From Balamuthia mandrillaris (Eukaryota): a stretch of DNA of 64,000 bases. The position numbers and the translations under genes are program-made. The stretch lies in the NCBI GenBank assembly GCA_031835245.2, contig JAVKOQ020000118.1, forward strand, positions 1 through 64,000, given 5' to 3'. Shown piece after piece: positions 36,908 through 50,264 of this stretch; position 1 is the stretch's first letter, and each line of letters opens with the position of its first letter. The notes under the pieces were generated by a model that made no database searches, was not told where the DNA came from, and saw nothing but the letters and a program-made list of their open reading frames with translations.

Positions 36908-39659
36908 ATGATGCACTACGGCGATAGCTACGACAGCGATGATGAGGCTGTGGAGGACAAGTTGTTGGACCTCAACAAGGAGCAGAACTATGAGGAGAAA
37001 GCAACAACCATGAGAAAGTTGCTGGATTCTAGGTCTTCCCTTTTCTCCAGGAAGATGCGGGATTGGCTGTTGAAGCCTGGTACCTGAGCCCCCTTCCCCC
37101 AATCATGCTTTTCTCCTGCGGTTTCCCAAACTTACTCTCCTCTTCTCTTTTTCCCCCTTCTCGCCTCTTCTCTCCTCACCTCTCCTCTCATCACACCAAT
37201 AACAAAGATGTCTGTGAGATCTTGCTCAACTTTGTGGTCCGACCAAAGGATGCTGCTGCTTTGATCGGAGACAAAGCTGCTGTGGCCGCCCCCTCCGTCA
37301 CTTCCAACGGCCAAGCCCTGGACTCAGACGAATACATCTTTTCCTCTACCAGGCGACGAGAAGCCCTCTTGAAGCCTGCCAACGCGGAGCAGGAAGAACA
37401 GAAAAAAGAAGCAGGAGAAGAGGACACGGACGAAGATGATGATGAGCTGCTCAACGAGGAGGGTTTTGCCTTCTCTAAGGAGGCTAAAAGAGCTGACAAA
37501 GCTGCCGAGATTTTTGTCTACCAAGTATCCGCCTTTCCCCACTCTTTCTTTGAAGCCAACTTGGCCAAACTCGGTAAGTAGTTCGTGTTTTTATGTTGAG
37601 ACTGTGATTGCTGGCACAGTGTTGCCGCTATTGTTTGGCCTTGTGTTTGTTGGGTTGGCCCTTCGTTGTCTGACGAAAACGAAATATCTTCAAATGGCTG
37701 CAGTAAAAACCATCTTCAAGATCTTCGATGTGGACTCTTTAGGAGACTTTGACAACTTCGACAAAATCTTTCAGTGCTTGTGGACCTCTCGCTCCACATC
37801 TCTTATCTCTATCTTCAGTCAAAACGCGAAGCTTTTCCTCGGTATGCTGAACTACCTTCACAACCAAGCCGTCGCAGAAACATTGTTGAGCATGATGAAG
37901 CCCAACCTCCAAGAACAAATCCTCATCAACTTCTATAACACCCTCAACGCTAACGGCTTCTTCCAGCTCTTGGGAGAAAAGATGTACGGCAAAGGAGCTG
38001 AGTCCTCCTACGAAGACGCCAGTGCCTTCTTTATTCGACTCGTGGAAAGCTGCTGCTCTTTCCGCAACGCGGATGTACTGTTTATGGATATCGGCCGGAA
38101 CCAGTCCCTTGTGGAGGGCCTCCTTCATGCTATGACCAACCAATGCGAATACCCCGTTTCTCACGACCAACAGATTGCCTGCATGTATGCCCTTCGGATG
38201 CTGCTCATCAAGTCTGGAGAAAAGCTGTTCGATCAGTCGTTGGAGGCTTATACCCCCGTGCCGTTGCCCAACATGCTCACCTGCGTTCGCAACGATCTGC
38301 TGAACTTGCTTAAAAGTAAAGCAGCTCTGCTTGGAGATAGGCTCTTGGTGGAGGATGGTATCTACACCGGCAGTCAGCTGAAGAACAAAGACTCGGCTGT
38401 GTCCAAACAAAAGGAATCGGGCGAGTTCAAATACTCTTCCTTCGTCATCAAGAAGCCATTTGGGCTTCATCGCATCGCGCTCCTAGAGATTATTGCTGAG
38501 CTGGTTGAGGAAGTGCCTATTGAGACCCTAGACGGCTTCGATCCTCAAGTTTGGCGGGTGCTCAGTGTCTGGCTTTTTGAACACAAGTGAGTGACTTCTT
38601 ATCTCTCTCTCTCTCTCTCTCTCTTTGCATTCCCTATTTTTCTTCATACCTTAATCGTGTCTATTTGTTTTTTGCTACCTTGGTGCTGACTTGTCACCTC
38701 CTCAGATTTAACAACGTCTATCATGCTCTCTTCTATCGGCTCTTCAAAACTGTGGTTAAACATAACCACGTTCCCTCCCTCAAAGCGCTTCTTTCTCGCA
38801 GCAAATTCTTGACCAAAATGATTAGCCACTACACTTCACACACCATGTTCGAATCTGGTCTTAGGAGCTACATCCTCTTCTTCTCCAACTATCTTCGCCT
38901 CATGGCGGACATTCAACCTCCCTCCGAGTATCTCAAAAACTTCTTGAACTCTCACCAACCTTGGAAAGAATATCTTCCCATCCTCATGTACGTATTGTTT
39001 CTGTTTTGTTTGTGCATTGGTTGTATTGTTGACAAGAGTCGCCATGATGGTTTAGCAAAGAGACAAAACGACAAATGATCACCGATTTCCCAGCGCCATC
39101 TCCCTCAGGCCCCATTCACCCTTTCCTCTTACAAGACAGTTTTGGCATGTACGGACAGAGCGCCAAGCTCAATCCTATCACCGAAGATGATGTTGATATT
39201 GATCTCGGATCATCTTGTACGCTCTATTCTTTTTTTTTCTTTTCTTTTTTGTTTTTCTTTTTTTAACTGACCGTTTATTGCAGATGCGGATAAGCTTGGG
39301 TTTGAAGGAAAAACAGCATTTGAAGAACCACTCAAGACAAAAAAGAACCGCAAAAGAAGAACCCGCAGAAAGTATGACTTATGTTTTTTTGGCTTGTTTT
39401 GTTTTTTTTTTTTGCTTTGTTATTAATCTATTTTTGTAGGAGCCAACAAGTAAGTACATCACGAGAGAACGGCGGAGACAAAAAAGTGTCTTCATCCAGT
39501 GTTCCGGCTATGAATGGCTCCAAAGCGTCTTCTTCCTCCAACTCAGCCTCTGATGATGACGACTCGGACTCGTTTGATTCTGATCTGGATTCAGAGGACG
39601 AGGAAGTTAACGCGCCGGAGCGAAAAGAGGCGCAGCCAAAGGAAGTAACAGCAAACTGA
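36908..39659 (+). CDS. SAPS / PP6 regulatory-subunit-like protein (multi-exon)
   Basis: PFGLHRIALLEII, WLFEHK-FNNVYH, GLRSYILFFSNYL, WKEY and an acidic tail resemble SIT4-associated proteins. Confidence 0.65.
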
Positions 39660-39803
39660 AAAAGTACCAATATATTTTCTTTATTACCACCAAAAGAGAA
39701 GCAGAAAAAGAGGAGAGAGAAATGAATGCGCGTGTTGTCGCCAAGATAAAGCAGGAGGTTTCAAACTCACAATAAGTGATTTTTTGGGTATGATTGTCAA
39801 CAA

Positions 39804-39876
39804 GCCTCCCTAGCTCAGTCGGTAGAGCGCAAGACTTTTAATCTTGTGGTCGTGGGTTCGAGCCCCACGGGGGGCG
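39804..39876 (+). tRNA. tRNA-Lys(UUU)
   Basis: The 73-nt cloverleaf has the anticodon arm CAAGA-CT-TTT-AA-TCTTG and the T-loop GTTCGAG. Confidence 0.97.
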
Positions 39877-40250
39877 ATTGATTTTGTTTTTTTGTCCCCT
39901 CTCTGCCTTGTTGGCACCCAAAAAAAAAAGCACAAACAAAAAAAATAAGATGAAAAAAAAGAACTATTGTGCAAGATCAAATTTTCCTCTGCTGAAAAAG
40001 AAAGGAAGCCAGCTATTGGGTTGCTAGAATAGGGAAGAGGCGAAAGTGGTGTGACCTTTGTCGCCATCTGAAACGCAGTTCCATGAAGCATCTTCATTGT
40101 GCGGAATCACTCGCTTTTAACTACTTTGCAGTCAGGCAGTGTCTTCGTGACTGTAGCGCCTCAGGTGGACAAAAAAGATGACATAGGGAAAATACATGAC
40201 ACAGGCAACCGCCAATCCGCTGCACAATAGAGGTGAAACAAAAAAGTTAT

Positions 40251-40323
40251 CGCCCCCCGTGGGGCTCGAACCCACGACCACAAGATTAAAAGTCTTGCGC
40301 TCTACCGACTGAGCTAGGGAGGC
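40251..40323 (-). tRNA. tRNA-Lys(UUU)
   Basis: Reverse complement of the 39804 copy. Confidence 0.97.
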
Positions 40324-40529
40324 TTGTTGTCCCACACAGACATCATTTTAGGTTCCCATATCAACATAGTTTTGTTAGCCTTTGTGTTTCCTGTCTCTCG
40401 GCGATGAATAACCGGGGCTTTTGCTAAGAAGCACATAAAGACAGCAGCTTGCACACCACAATTAACTTTGCAGCGTTCATTGGGTTATTCAACATTTTGA
40501 ATGGACAATTCGTTCGTTTTTTTTTTTTA

Positions 40530-43500
40530 TTAGGCAGCTTTGAGCATGTTTCCAATCTCTTTGAAAGTAGGCCTGGAAGAGTCATAAAAGAACGTCGTGA
40601 GAAAGGAATCGCACAGGGGGTGTAGGGGGAAGGCTTACCTCTCCTCTGGCTGTGTAGCCCAACATTGTGTGATTATCTCTGCCAGTACCGTTGGAGCACT
40701 TTCTGGGATGTCAAGCTTGATGCCTCTTTCACAAATATGCAAAGCGGCCTTAACAGGGGCCATGCCCTTGAACGGTTCTTCACCCCTTGTTACGATTTCC
40801 CATAAGCACACTCCATAACTTTGCATGGATCAATGTCAGCTGTTTCATGGATAAAATGAAGTCATCCAGCTTGAAACGTACCTCCATACATCGGACTTTT
40901 CTGAGTAGATTTGGTCTTGAATAGCCTCCGGGGCCATCCTACCAACAAACAATAAAAAGAGGGTGAGTTTTTAGTTCAGAAATCCACAAACGGAGAGCAA
41001 GAGTACCATTTTAAAGGGCCGATTTCGCTTTGGGTCTTATGAGCACCACCGTCTCTAGCCTTTCGTGACAATCCAAAGTCTGTAGCAACGCGTGAGCAAG
41101 CTATCGCAAAAGTCAAACGAGGACAGTTCAAACCTGATACTTTAACACGCAACTCTGCAGTCAGAAGTAGATTACGAGCAGCCAAGTCCCTGTGTGTGAT
41201 GCCTTCGTGGTGCAAATGTCCCATTCCAGCTGCATCCCGAGCGCAGTAATAGAATGCAAAATAAGAAGAATGGACTTGAAAAGAAGAGGAGAAATAAAGA
41301 AAAGATAGCACACACCAGCTATGTCAACAGCCCACCGAATCATTTGTTGGTTGTCGATTGAATCTGCATTCTTGAGCACGTAGCTCAACAAGTCACCCAT
41401 CGGAAGGAACTCGGTAACAATACAAAAGGGAGTGCTAACTTCACTGCAAATTCCCATCAACTGAACCACATTTGCATGTGGGCGAAGTCCTCTAAACCAC
41501 ATGAAGGTCAATAAAACTATGAGTGAGTGCGAGAGTGAGAGAGAGACATACTTCATTAATAACGCTTCGGCTTGAAACTCCTGTTGCTCATGTTCGTCCA
41601 TGGTGTTCAGCTTCTTCACCGCCACTTCAGAGTTTCGCCAGGTGGCTTTCCACACCACCCCAAAAGCTCTATTTGTAAGGCCATCTCGCTCAGTCAAAGT
41701 ACTGGCCACAGTCAAAAAATAAAAAAGTACCCTCTGCCAATTTCCTCTTCAAACTCCAACTCGGAGTACTCGATGTCCCAACCTGGAGCATCTTCGTCCC
41801 GCCTCGTTGCACGCCGTTTCTTCTTTGCAGCGGACTGAGATCCGGTGGGGGCCGCGTAAACTGCCTCCAAGTCGTTATGTTCCATTGCAGCGGCTGTGTC
41901 TCGCTTGACCCTCCTCGTTCTCCAAACGAAGTAGATGAGGACAGCAGCCACTGCAACAAGCAACAACAATCCAATGACGACAACAGGCGCGATGACTTCC
42001 GCTCCAACTTCATCGCTACCTTCGCTCTTGTTCCCTTGATTGACGTCGCTACTGCCATTGCTACTGTCGTTTGAGGATTGGCCATCTTCATCACCATCGG
42101 TGTTACCATCTTCCGGTGGATCCACCATGACAAAGCTTAGTGGAAGGGATAGACTTGGGCTTAAGAATGCGTTGAGAGGGTTTTCGAAGGACAAAGCGAT
42201 TGTGCTTTCTTGTCTACTGGTGCTTCGCTTATTACCTGAAGCACACGAATTAACTCATTCTTAATTCCGATAACGTGTGGAGGAAGAGGTACCGGAGTAA
42301 AGAACAGAGAGAGCGACATGAACACTTAGCTCCGAGGTATTAGCAGGAAATACCAAAGGGCTTGGCGGAGTACTGATGACTTGCACTCCTTCCAATGGTC
42401 CTTGATAAGTTGCTTGGAAAGGAAGTACCACATCTTGAGAAGGCGAAGCGGAAAGCTCAAGGGTGAACACGACCAAGGTGGAATTTATGACAGTTTCATT
42501 CTTCATGGTGATCTTCAAGGCATCCAGAAGATGAACGTGGACAACTCCTTTTTGTGAGGCTTTACAATACCAAAACAGCTTTGAGAAATCGTAAACAAGA
42601 AGAAGAAAAGTTGAAGTTTACCTTCACCAGGATTGCCGATGGCAATGTCTGGCACGCCATCCAAATTCAGATCACCTAAAGGACTTATAGAAAAGCCAAA
42701 GCTTTGAAACTGACCCTGGATCGCAAACGTAGATTGGAGGGTTCCATCTGCATTCATGAAGGCAATCCATACACGCCCCAGCCCCAGGCAAGCCACAGCA
42801 AAGTCCGGCACATTATCGTGGTTCCAATCTCCGGACTCCAAGAACTCATCTGAAGTGATACCGGGGACGGGAGCGCCCAGTCCAGACAAACCCCATCCGA
42901 ACCGAGCATTCTCCATTTGATTCAATGCGTCGTACTCTGCTTGCGAAGCAAAGTCCTGCAGGGTGAACTCGTGCCAGTCGGCCACCCCGCCCGTCCTGTT
43001 TAGCATGAGTAACATAATCGTGCCGCGGGTGTTGTCCTTGTAACGGAGACCAACAACGAGGTCCGGCACTCCATCCCCGTTTATATCTCCAACTCCTGTA
43101 TAGTAAAAAGGAGAATTTATATTATCAGTTTTGCAAATTGTCACTACAGATGGATGAATGGACGTACCTGCTAGCGAGGATGCAAACACTACATCATATG
43201 GGTCTTGAGGGGGAGATGGCCCACCAGGTTCTGTGATGGTTGTAGTGGACTCGATCGTCCCGTTGGCATTCATAAACAGAATTCGAAGCTTTCCGTCTTG
43301 TGGGTCACCAACTGCTAGATCACCAACTCCATCTCCGTCTACATCACCTACAAAGCTATCGAGACAGGAAACCACAGCAACAGATGGGTATAGGTTAAGA
43401 GAAAGTGGTAATCGATCCAGTGGTGTGCGTAAATGAACGTACGTTATGACGGTGCCAGAGTTGGAGAGAGATGTTTGCGGGCCTCCCAAAAAAGCTCCAT

Positions 43501-44252
43501 TGGTACCCAATGGTGAAGGCCAAACTTCAACATTCAATAAGAACAAGATAAGCATTAGCCAATCTTCTAAAAAGGAACGAAGAAAACAAAGAATACAAAG
43601 AAAAGCTACCATTGCGGTCACTGGATTGTACCAACAGTCCAGCTCGTCCATCCTGATGCCACTGAGGTACGACCGTGCAACCAGAACCAAATTCGTCATA
43701 GGAGGGGCTGGGCCACAGAAAGTGAGACTCGGTTTCGACGTACCCAGTTTCGTTCAGGGCCAAAATGAAGACAGTTCCTTCTCTATCGATGCCCCAGTCC
43801 TGTGTGTCTATGGGTGTCCTATCGTTATATTCTTTTGTTTTTTGTGCAGTTTGTAAGAGCAAAACGTTACGGAAAAGAAGAATAAGAAGATGAAGCAGAA
43901 GCAGCATCAGTTAGAAGGAGAAGAAATGGCAGAGGATGAGTTCTTACTGAAGCTTGGAGCCCCAACGGCCAACAAGGAAGGACCCGACTCAGTTTGAGGC
44001 CCTAATCCACAGACAGACCATCCAAAGTACTCTCCCTGAGCCCAGCCTTGAGGGTCGGCTGGATAGATCACCGTGTTCAGGCCGCCTTGTCCCGTGGTGA
44101 TGCTTGTCTTCTCTTTCACGCTCCAGTTGGCATAAACTGCACGGTGTTAAGCGAAGAAAAACAATCAGTTGGGGGTGAAGAAGAGTTTTGAAGGAGGAAC
44201 ACCCACCCGACCAAGCGAATAGTAATACAATAAGCAGAGCAAGGGTGTTCAT
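40530..44252 (-). CDS. Receptor tyrosine-kinase-like protein with FG-GAP (integrin-alpha propeller) ectodomain
   Basis: A signal peptide precedes the repeats GDVDGDGVGDLAVG, GDINGDGVPDLVVG, GDWNHDNVPDFAV and GDLNLDGVPDIAIG. A TM helix (VIAPVVVIGLLLLVAVAAVLIYFVW) is followed by a kinase with VAVK, HRDLAARN, DFG and PLKW-MAPE. Confidence 0.9.
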
Positions 44253-44578
44253 CGTTTGGAGTAATGGAAGAAGAATAACAGCAAGCTAACAGAAGGAGCC
44301 GTTTGACGGTTTAACAGGCAAAAAGACCCCATAACATAAAAAAAAGAATGGACGAAACGGCAAATGGCCGAGGCGTCATAGTGCAAATAAACCCATTCCC
44401 CTTAATTAGATCACCGCAGCATTGGACAGAATAATATTACGTCCGACAAACGAGGAGCCGCAGAGAAAAGTGCAGAGGTTTCCTCCACCCCGAAAAACAT
44501 ATAAGCACATTTCGTGTGTGACTAGCTTCGACCCCTATAAAGAGCCTTATGGTTGAAATCGGCGAAAAAGTTCAACAA

Positions 44579-44651
44579 GCCTCCCTAGCTCAGTCGGTAG
44601 AGCGCAAGACTTTTAATCTTGTGGTCGTGGGTTCGAGCCCCACGGGGGGCG
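44579..44651 (+). tRNA. tRNA-Lys(UUU)
   Basis: Same sequence as the 39804 copy. Confidence 0.97.
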
Positions 44652-44863
44652 ATAACTTTTTGTTTCACCTCTATTGTGCAGAGGCTTGGCGGTTGCCTGT
44701 GTCATGTATTTCTTTTTTCGTTTTACATTTCAATATTTTTTAATATTTTTTTTTTAAGAGCAATGTGTGCAATATATAAAGTATGATCACCACCAATACT
44801 AACACAATATATTTATTCACAATGTAATAAGAAACAAACGACACTGCTTCGTTTTTTGTCCTG

Positions 44864-46532
44864 TTAGGTTTGTTCCTCGGATCGGTTTTGTTGTTGTTGC
44901 GCAAAGGCCTTTCGAACTCCCGCTCGCATTTGCTCATACAGCCCGATGCTTCCGCTTCTTGCGCGAGCTGGTTCCGCCGCGATGCCCCACCTTTCTTTTT
45001 GCTTATCTCGGACCGATTTTTTCCCTTGCTCGTCTTCCTGGGAAGCCTTTGCTTCATCCCCAGCAGTGGTTTCTTCCTCGCTTTTGGTCGTTGCAGCGTA
45101 ATCATCTGCTAGGCTCTCGATGTTTTCCTCCTTAACAGGAGGTTCAGCTTCCTTTTGTTCTGAGGAAGAAGAAGAAGAAGCAGAAGAGGAAGTGGAAGAG
45201 GAGGAAATCCTCACTTCAGCTGAGGATGCTAATGAGAAAGAAGGACCTGATAATGGAGGAAGATCCGTATAACAAGGACAAGAAGAAGCTAACAACGGTT
45301 GTTCGGTTGTGGTGATGACAACTGGGTCTGAGGAAGAGAAGCATTTGCTGGGAGAGGTCGGAGCGGAAAAGGGAGATGAGGTCTCTTCTCTTCGAGATGG
45401 GAGCGATAAGGAAGGCAGCTCACCACTGTCAGATGAAAGAGAAAGCGTGTTGGTACGTTTTCGTGTCGAAGAGCCTTTGTTGGTCTTTCCTGGAGAGCTG
45501 TCCTCCTTCTCTAGAGCCGAAGTTTGTTCCTTTGTTGAGCTGCTTCGTGACCTACAGCTGTTGCTTTTCTTTGTCGGTTGTTGATCTACATCCTTCTTTT
45601 TCTGGTCCTCTGTCTCTTCCTCTTCTTCTTCACTTCTCTTTTCGCTTTCTTCTTTGCTGGCGTTGAGCATTGCTGTCGAGCCTTCTCTAAGACGGTCGAA
45701 CAGGTCTGTGCTGGAGCTTTTCTGCTGTTTGGGAGAGTTGCTCTTTTGCTTGTGGATCTTCTTGATGAAGCTGCCTTTCTTTGGTGTGGAGTGGTCTTTT
45801 TCCGCTCCTTCTCCATCTTCTCTTGTTTCGTTCTCTTCTGTTGGTTTGTTCTTCACTACAGGGCCCGTCTTCAAAGGAGCAACGTCAAAGCTGTGACGTC
45901 TGCGAAGCCAATCTTCTTCATCTTCTCCTTCCACCTCTTTTCGTTCTTCTGCCTCCTCAACATTCCTTCTGTCTTCAGCTTCTTCTTTGCCCCTATCTCT
46001 GGAAAGAAACGAGCCAAACTTGAGAAACGAAGTCTTTTTGTGTTCCGTTTCGTGGTTGGGGCTTGTCGCGTTACTGCCTCCTTTGAACTGCGCTTTGACT
46101 TGTTCTAAAATGTCGTTGTTGCCTCTCTTTCTTGGTATCTTTCGGAGCGAACCCGTTAAAGAGATGCGCCTGCTGTGGCGTTGGTATATTGGCCTTCGCT
46201 TGATGGAAACGCCGCCTCCTTTCGGTGCATTCGCTCTTGCATTGTTGTTGTCGCTTGAAGAGTCACCTTTTGTTTGAGAGCCGTCAGCGCTATCTCCTTT
46301 CTCTTTCTCTCTCATCTTCTCTTCTTCTTTTGGTCTTTGCTGCATAGCTTTTCTTGGAGAGAGTGGCATCTCCTTCTTGTCGCCAGGTTGTTCCATGACC
46401 ACATTCTTTTCTTGGTGCGTCGTCGGCGACTGTTCCTTAGCATTGTTGGTTGAAGCTGAAACGGTTGGTTTCTTTTGTTTTTGTACTATATGGCCAAAAC
46501 ATGTATATTAGAAGAGAGAGCAAGAAAGAGAG

Positions 46533-46570
<38 letters not shown>

Positions 46571-47425
46571 GTTACCAAGTTCTTCTAGCGCTCTCCTCCG
46601 GAGCAACCGTTCATCCAAGAAACTTCGAACGTTCAAGGCCTTGTTTTGCATCTTCTTCATCATCGTTTCATCCTCTTCTTCATCGTCGTCTCCCTCTTCA
46701 TCACCTTCCTGAGCTGATGAAGAGGAGAACGCCGCGGCAACAGCCGTCTTCAAGCGAGGCGTGATCAACAGCAAGGAAGAGCGCCAGCTCTGCTCTCCTC
46801 CTCCTCCTTTGTTTTGTCCCTCCGTTTCTTCTCCTTCTTCTCCTAACAGATATGCTGCGTCTTGCAACAACTGCGTGTTGGCGTTGCTGTTCCTCAGAGA
46901 GAACGGATTGTACAAACGAGGAGAGGTCACCCTCTTCTCTTTCTTCTGCTGGCTCAGCCATTCCTCCACCTTTTGACGCTCGCCCAGCTCCCACCGCTGC
47001 CATTTGCGCTCCTCCCTGCGCTCTCGTCTCTGCCGCCGCTCCAACCAGCGCCTCTCCTTCCTTTGCTGCTCCTTCTCCCACCGCAGCCTCGCTTTGGTCT
47101 CGTTCTCGTCAACCACCCACGAGCTGTCCCAATAGTTCACCTCTTCCTCAGAGTCGGTCGTGGTGGAACTGTCGTCGTCCTCATCGTCGCTATAGCCATC
47201 GCTACCGCTGTCAAGTCTGTCATCGTTGCTGAAAGGAGGGAGAGGGAGGTGAGTCACTTCTGTCGTTGCTGCCGTCTCGTTCGTTTCGTCCTCGTCCGCG
47301 TCCTCTTCTCCCGCGTCGTCGTCGCTGCTGTCGCTGCTGAGAGGCACGTTGCTTCGATCGAGCAAGTCTTTGAGGCCTGTCGAGAACATCCCTGTCGAGA
47401 GGCGTAACGCGTTCGGAGAACCCAT
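44864..47425 (-). CDS. Hypothetical low-complexity charged protein (2 exons)
   Basis: Long ORFs 46508-47425 and 44864-46402 appear joined by an intron with donor gtaacc near 46575. No domain was recognised. Confidence 0.6.
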
Positions 47426-47954
47426 TTTATCTATATTTTTTTTGTTTGTCTTCTTTCCAGCTTGAACCGTTCGCCTTCCTGTGCTTCTTTTCTTTGGCTT
47501 TCAACAGTTGCCGCTCTGCATCGGCGACTCCAACCCACTGTTCTTCCCACTTCCTGCGGCAAATGTCTTTTTTGTTCAGGCTTGACGTTTTCGCTTTGGA
47601 AAAGAGCGAATCCTGTCCCTGGGAAACCGGTATCAACATGCGTGAGGCCCCGTTGGACGAATGGCCGCAGCAATTCGCCCCGCACGTTTTGCTTTGCCAA
47701 TTTTTTTTTTTGCCCGGCTGGTTCGCTCACGTCTTGTCTCTTCTCTCTCTTCTCTCTCTCTTCTCTCTTCTCTCACTCTCTTCTCTCTTTGAAGGTTCTC
47801 TCTCTCTCTCTTTGAAGGTTTTCTCTCAAACAAAGGAATGAGACATAACAGTTAATTCCACACGCAAAAAGTCAGAGGTCCCATGGGACCCTGCTTCTCT
47901 TCTTTCTTTCTCTTCTCTCTCTTCTTTTTTTGTTTTTGTTTTTGCTCGCAGGCT

Positions 47955-49872
47955 TTAACCGGTCATGACCTCATAGCCGAGCATCGGCTGCTGATCCACA
48001 AACAAAGACTGGAAACGAGATCCTCCGCAGGCCGCCTTCAGGTTGAGCACATCGCGCAGCTCCGTGACGAGCGCCTCCAGACTTTCAAAGATCCTTTCGT
48101 CGTTGACGCTAAAGCCGGTGGGGTTGCGGTGCTGGCGGATCCGCACGTTGCCGATGGCCATCTGCTCCGATACACGGGTGATGGTGAAGGCGCCAGGGTA
48201 GGCCGCGTTCGTGCTGAAGCGGACGAGGAAGGTGCCAGGGGGCATGCCGCTGAGGCGCCGCTGCGCTTCGTTCATTTCAATGTCTCCGTGGAACCACCTT
48301 CAGTTTTATTCGTTTTGAGATGGTTATGTTTTTATGTTAGTTTCTTATTGGAGAGAGAAAAGAGAATGAGAGAAGAATAGGGAGAGAAAAAGAAGAAAGA
48401 CAAGAGAAAAGAAGGAAAAAAGTGAAAAAAAGACGGAAGGGTGACGAACTGGTTAGAGCAGATGTTGCGCATGTTATCAAGGATGTTAGCTCCCTTAGCT
48501 CCACGCTCCAATGGGCCGAACCAATCCAGCACGCTGCCGAACCACTGGATGTTGACCTGGGACCGGACCTGGCCTCTGCTCTCAGGCTCCGCCACCAACG
48601 CCCTCAGGCAGCGGGCGGCAATGACGTCGTCTCCGACCGTGACCTTCTCCCCGCTTTCCTTCTCCCTATCGAGGATCTTCTTCTCGGCGGCCTTGATATC
48701 CTGCGGCAGGATGTAAGCAGCCACTGGGTCCGGGGCGTTGTCTTGGGGCACGGGGAGGCCCAAAAACTTGTAAAAGGTCTCCTCGAAGCGTTCCCATTTG
48801 ATGGTGTGCTTTTGTAAAAACAAAAGAGAGCATTCAGCAAACAAGCGTAAAAAGCAACACCAAGCAAAACAAACAACTAAAGCACAACAGGAAAAGGCCT
48901 CCGCCTCCAAAGTGAACGCACCAACAAAAACAAAACAAGAAACAAGAAATAAACATAGACAAACCTCTTTGAGGAAATATTTGCTCCAGAAGATGCGGCC
49001 TTCGTGCTCACGAATGGCAGAGTGAACGATGATCTCGTCCAAGCGGTCGTTGATCTCCTGGAAGTTGGGACGCTTGTTGGGGTCGGCGTGCCAGCAGTCC
49101 TCCATGAGGCTTCTGAGGCTGGGCAGGCAGTCCCGAGGGATGGGCGGTCTCTCTCCCTTCCTGCAAATGGCGTTGAGGAACTCGTCATAGTCGCTGTGGT
49201 GGGGGAAGGGGTCCTTGCAGGTGTAGATCTCCCACAGGACGATGCCAAAGGAGTAGACGTCAGCCTTCTCATTGAATTCCTGGCCCAACATTACCTCGGG
49301 GGCCATGTAGAGCGGGGTGCCCTTGGCTCCCTCCTCGTTGTCACGCAGCTTGGTGATCTTCTTTGGTTTGATGGCGCTGAGACCAAAGTCGCAGACTTTA
49401 ATGGAATAGGACTTGCCTGTTTTCTTATACTGTTTGTTTGTGGCGCCAAACAAATATAGGGTTAGTTTAAAGGAAGAGAGAGAGAGAGAGAGAGAGGAGA
49501 GCAAAAAGGAGCAAAAAGGTACAAGCAAGTTGGCAGTTTTGAGATCCCTGTGAATGATAGCAGGGTTTGAGCAGTGGAGCCAGTTCAAGCCAAGGGCGGC
49601 GTCTTTGGCCATGCACATGCGCTCAAAGAGACTCATCTTCTTGCCCTGCTTGTGGAGCAAGCCTTCCAAGTCTCCATCCAGCAGCTCCGTCACGATCTGG
49701 AATTTGCCGGGTATGGTGCACGCACCCATGAACAAAATGATGTTGGGATGCGGGTTTGTGCTGTTGTCGTGTTAACGCAAGAGAGAGAGAGAGAGAGAGA
49801 GAATTGATTTAGTATTTCAATATAGAGAAAAGGAGAGAAGTAGAGAAGAAGACCATGAAGAAAGAAGAAAAC

Positions 49873-49909
<37 letters not shown>

Positions 49910-50264
49910 AGAGAGAGGAGAGAGAAGAGGGAAACAAGGTTTCGGAATGAACGTCAAAGATGTCTTCACACCAATAAGATGAGAGAAGAAAGGAACGCGA
50001 GAGAGAGAGAGAGAAAAGGAGGGCAATTTGAAACCTCATGATATGGATTTCGCTACGAAGGGACTCCAGCTGGTCCTTGTCCAATTTTTGTACATGGGGA
50101 ACCTTGACGGCAACGGGCTTGGCGAAGCACTCCCCTCTCCACACCTTGCCGAAGCACCCGCCGCCGAGCTCCTCCATGAGGTGGATCTCTTGCGGCTCGA
50201 TCTCAGCGCCGCGAAGGGTATTCTCCTTGTCCGGCTTGTTCTTGTTCTTGTGGCTGAACATCAT
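47955..50264 (-). CDS. TKL protein kinase with C-terminal SH2 domain (Dictyostelium SHK-like)
   Basis: Motifs are LGGGCFGKVW, HRDLKTANLL, DFG and GTPLYMAPE, followed by the SH2 sequence WFHGD..GTFLVRFS. Confidence 0.92.

Noticed and set aside
39810..40335. ORFs overlapping tRNA genes
   Set aside because: They are spurious translations of tRNA-Lys and its flanks.
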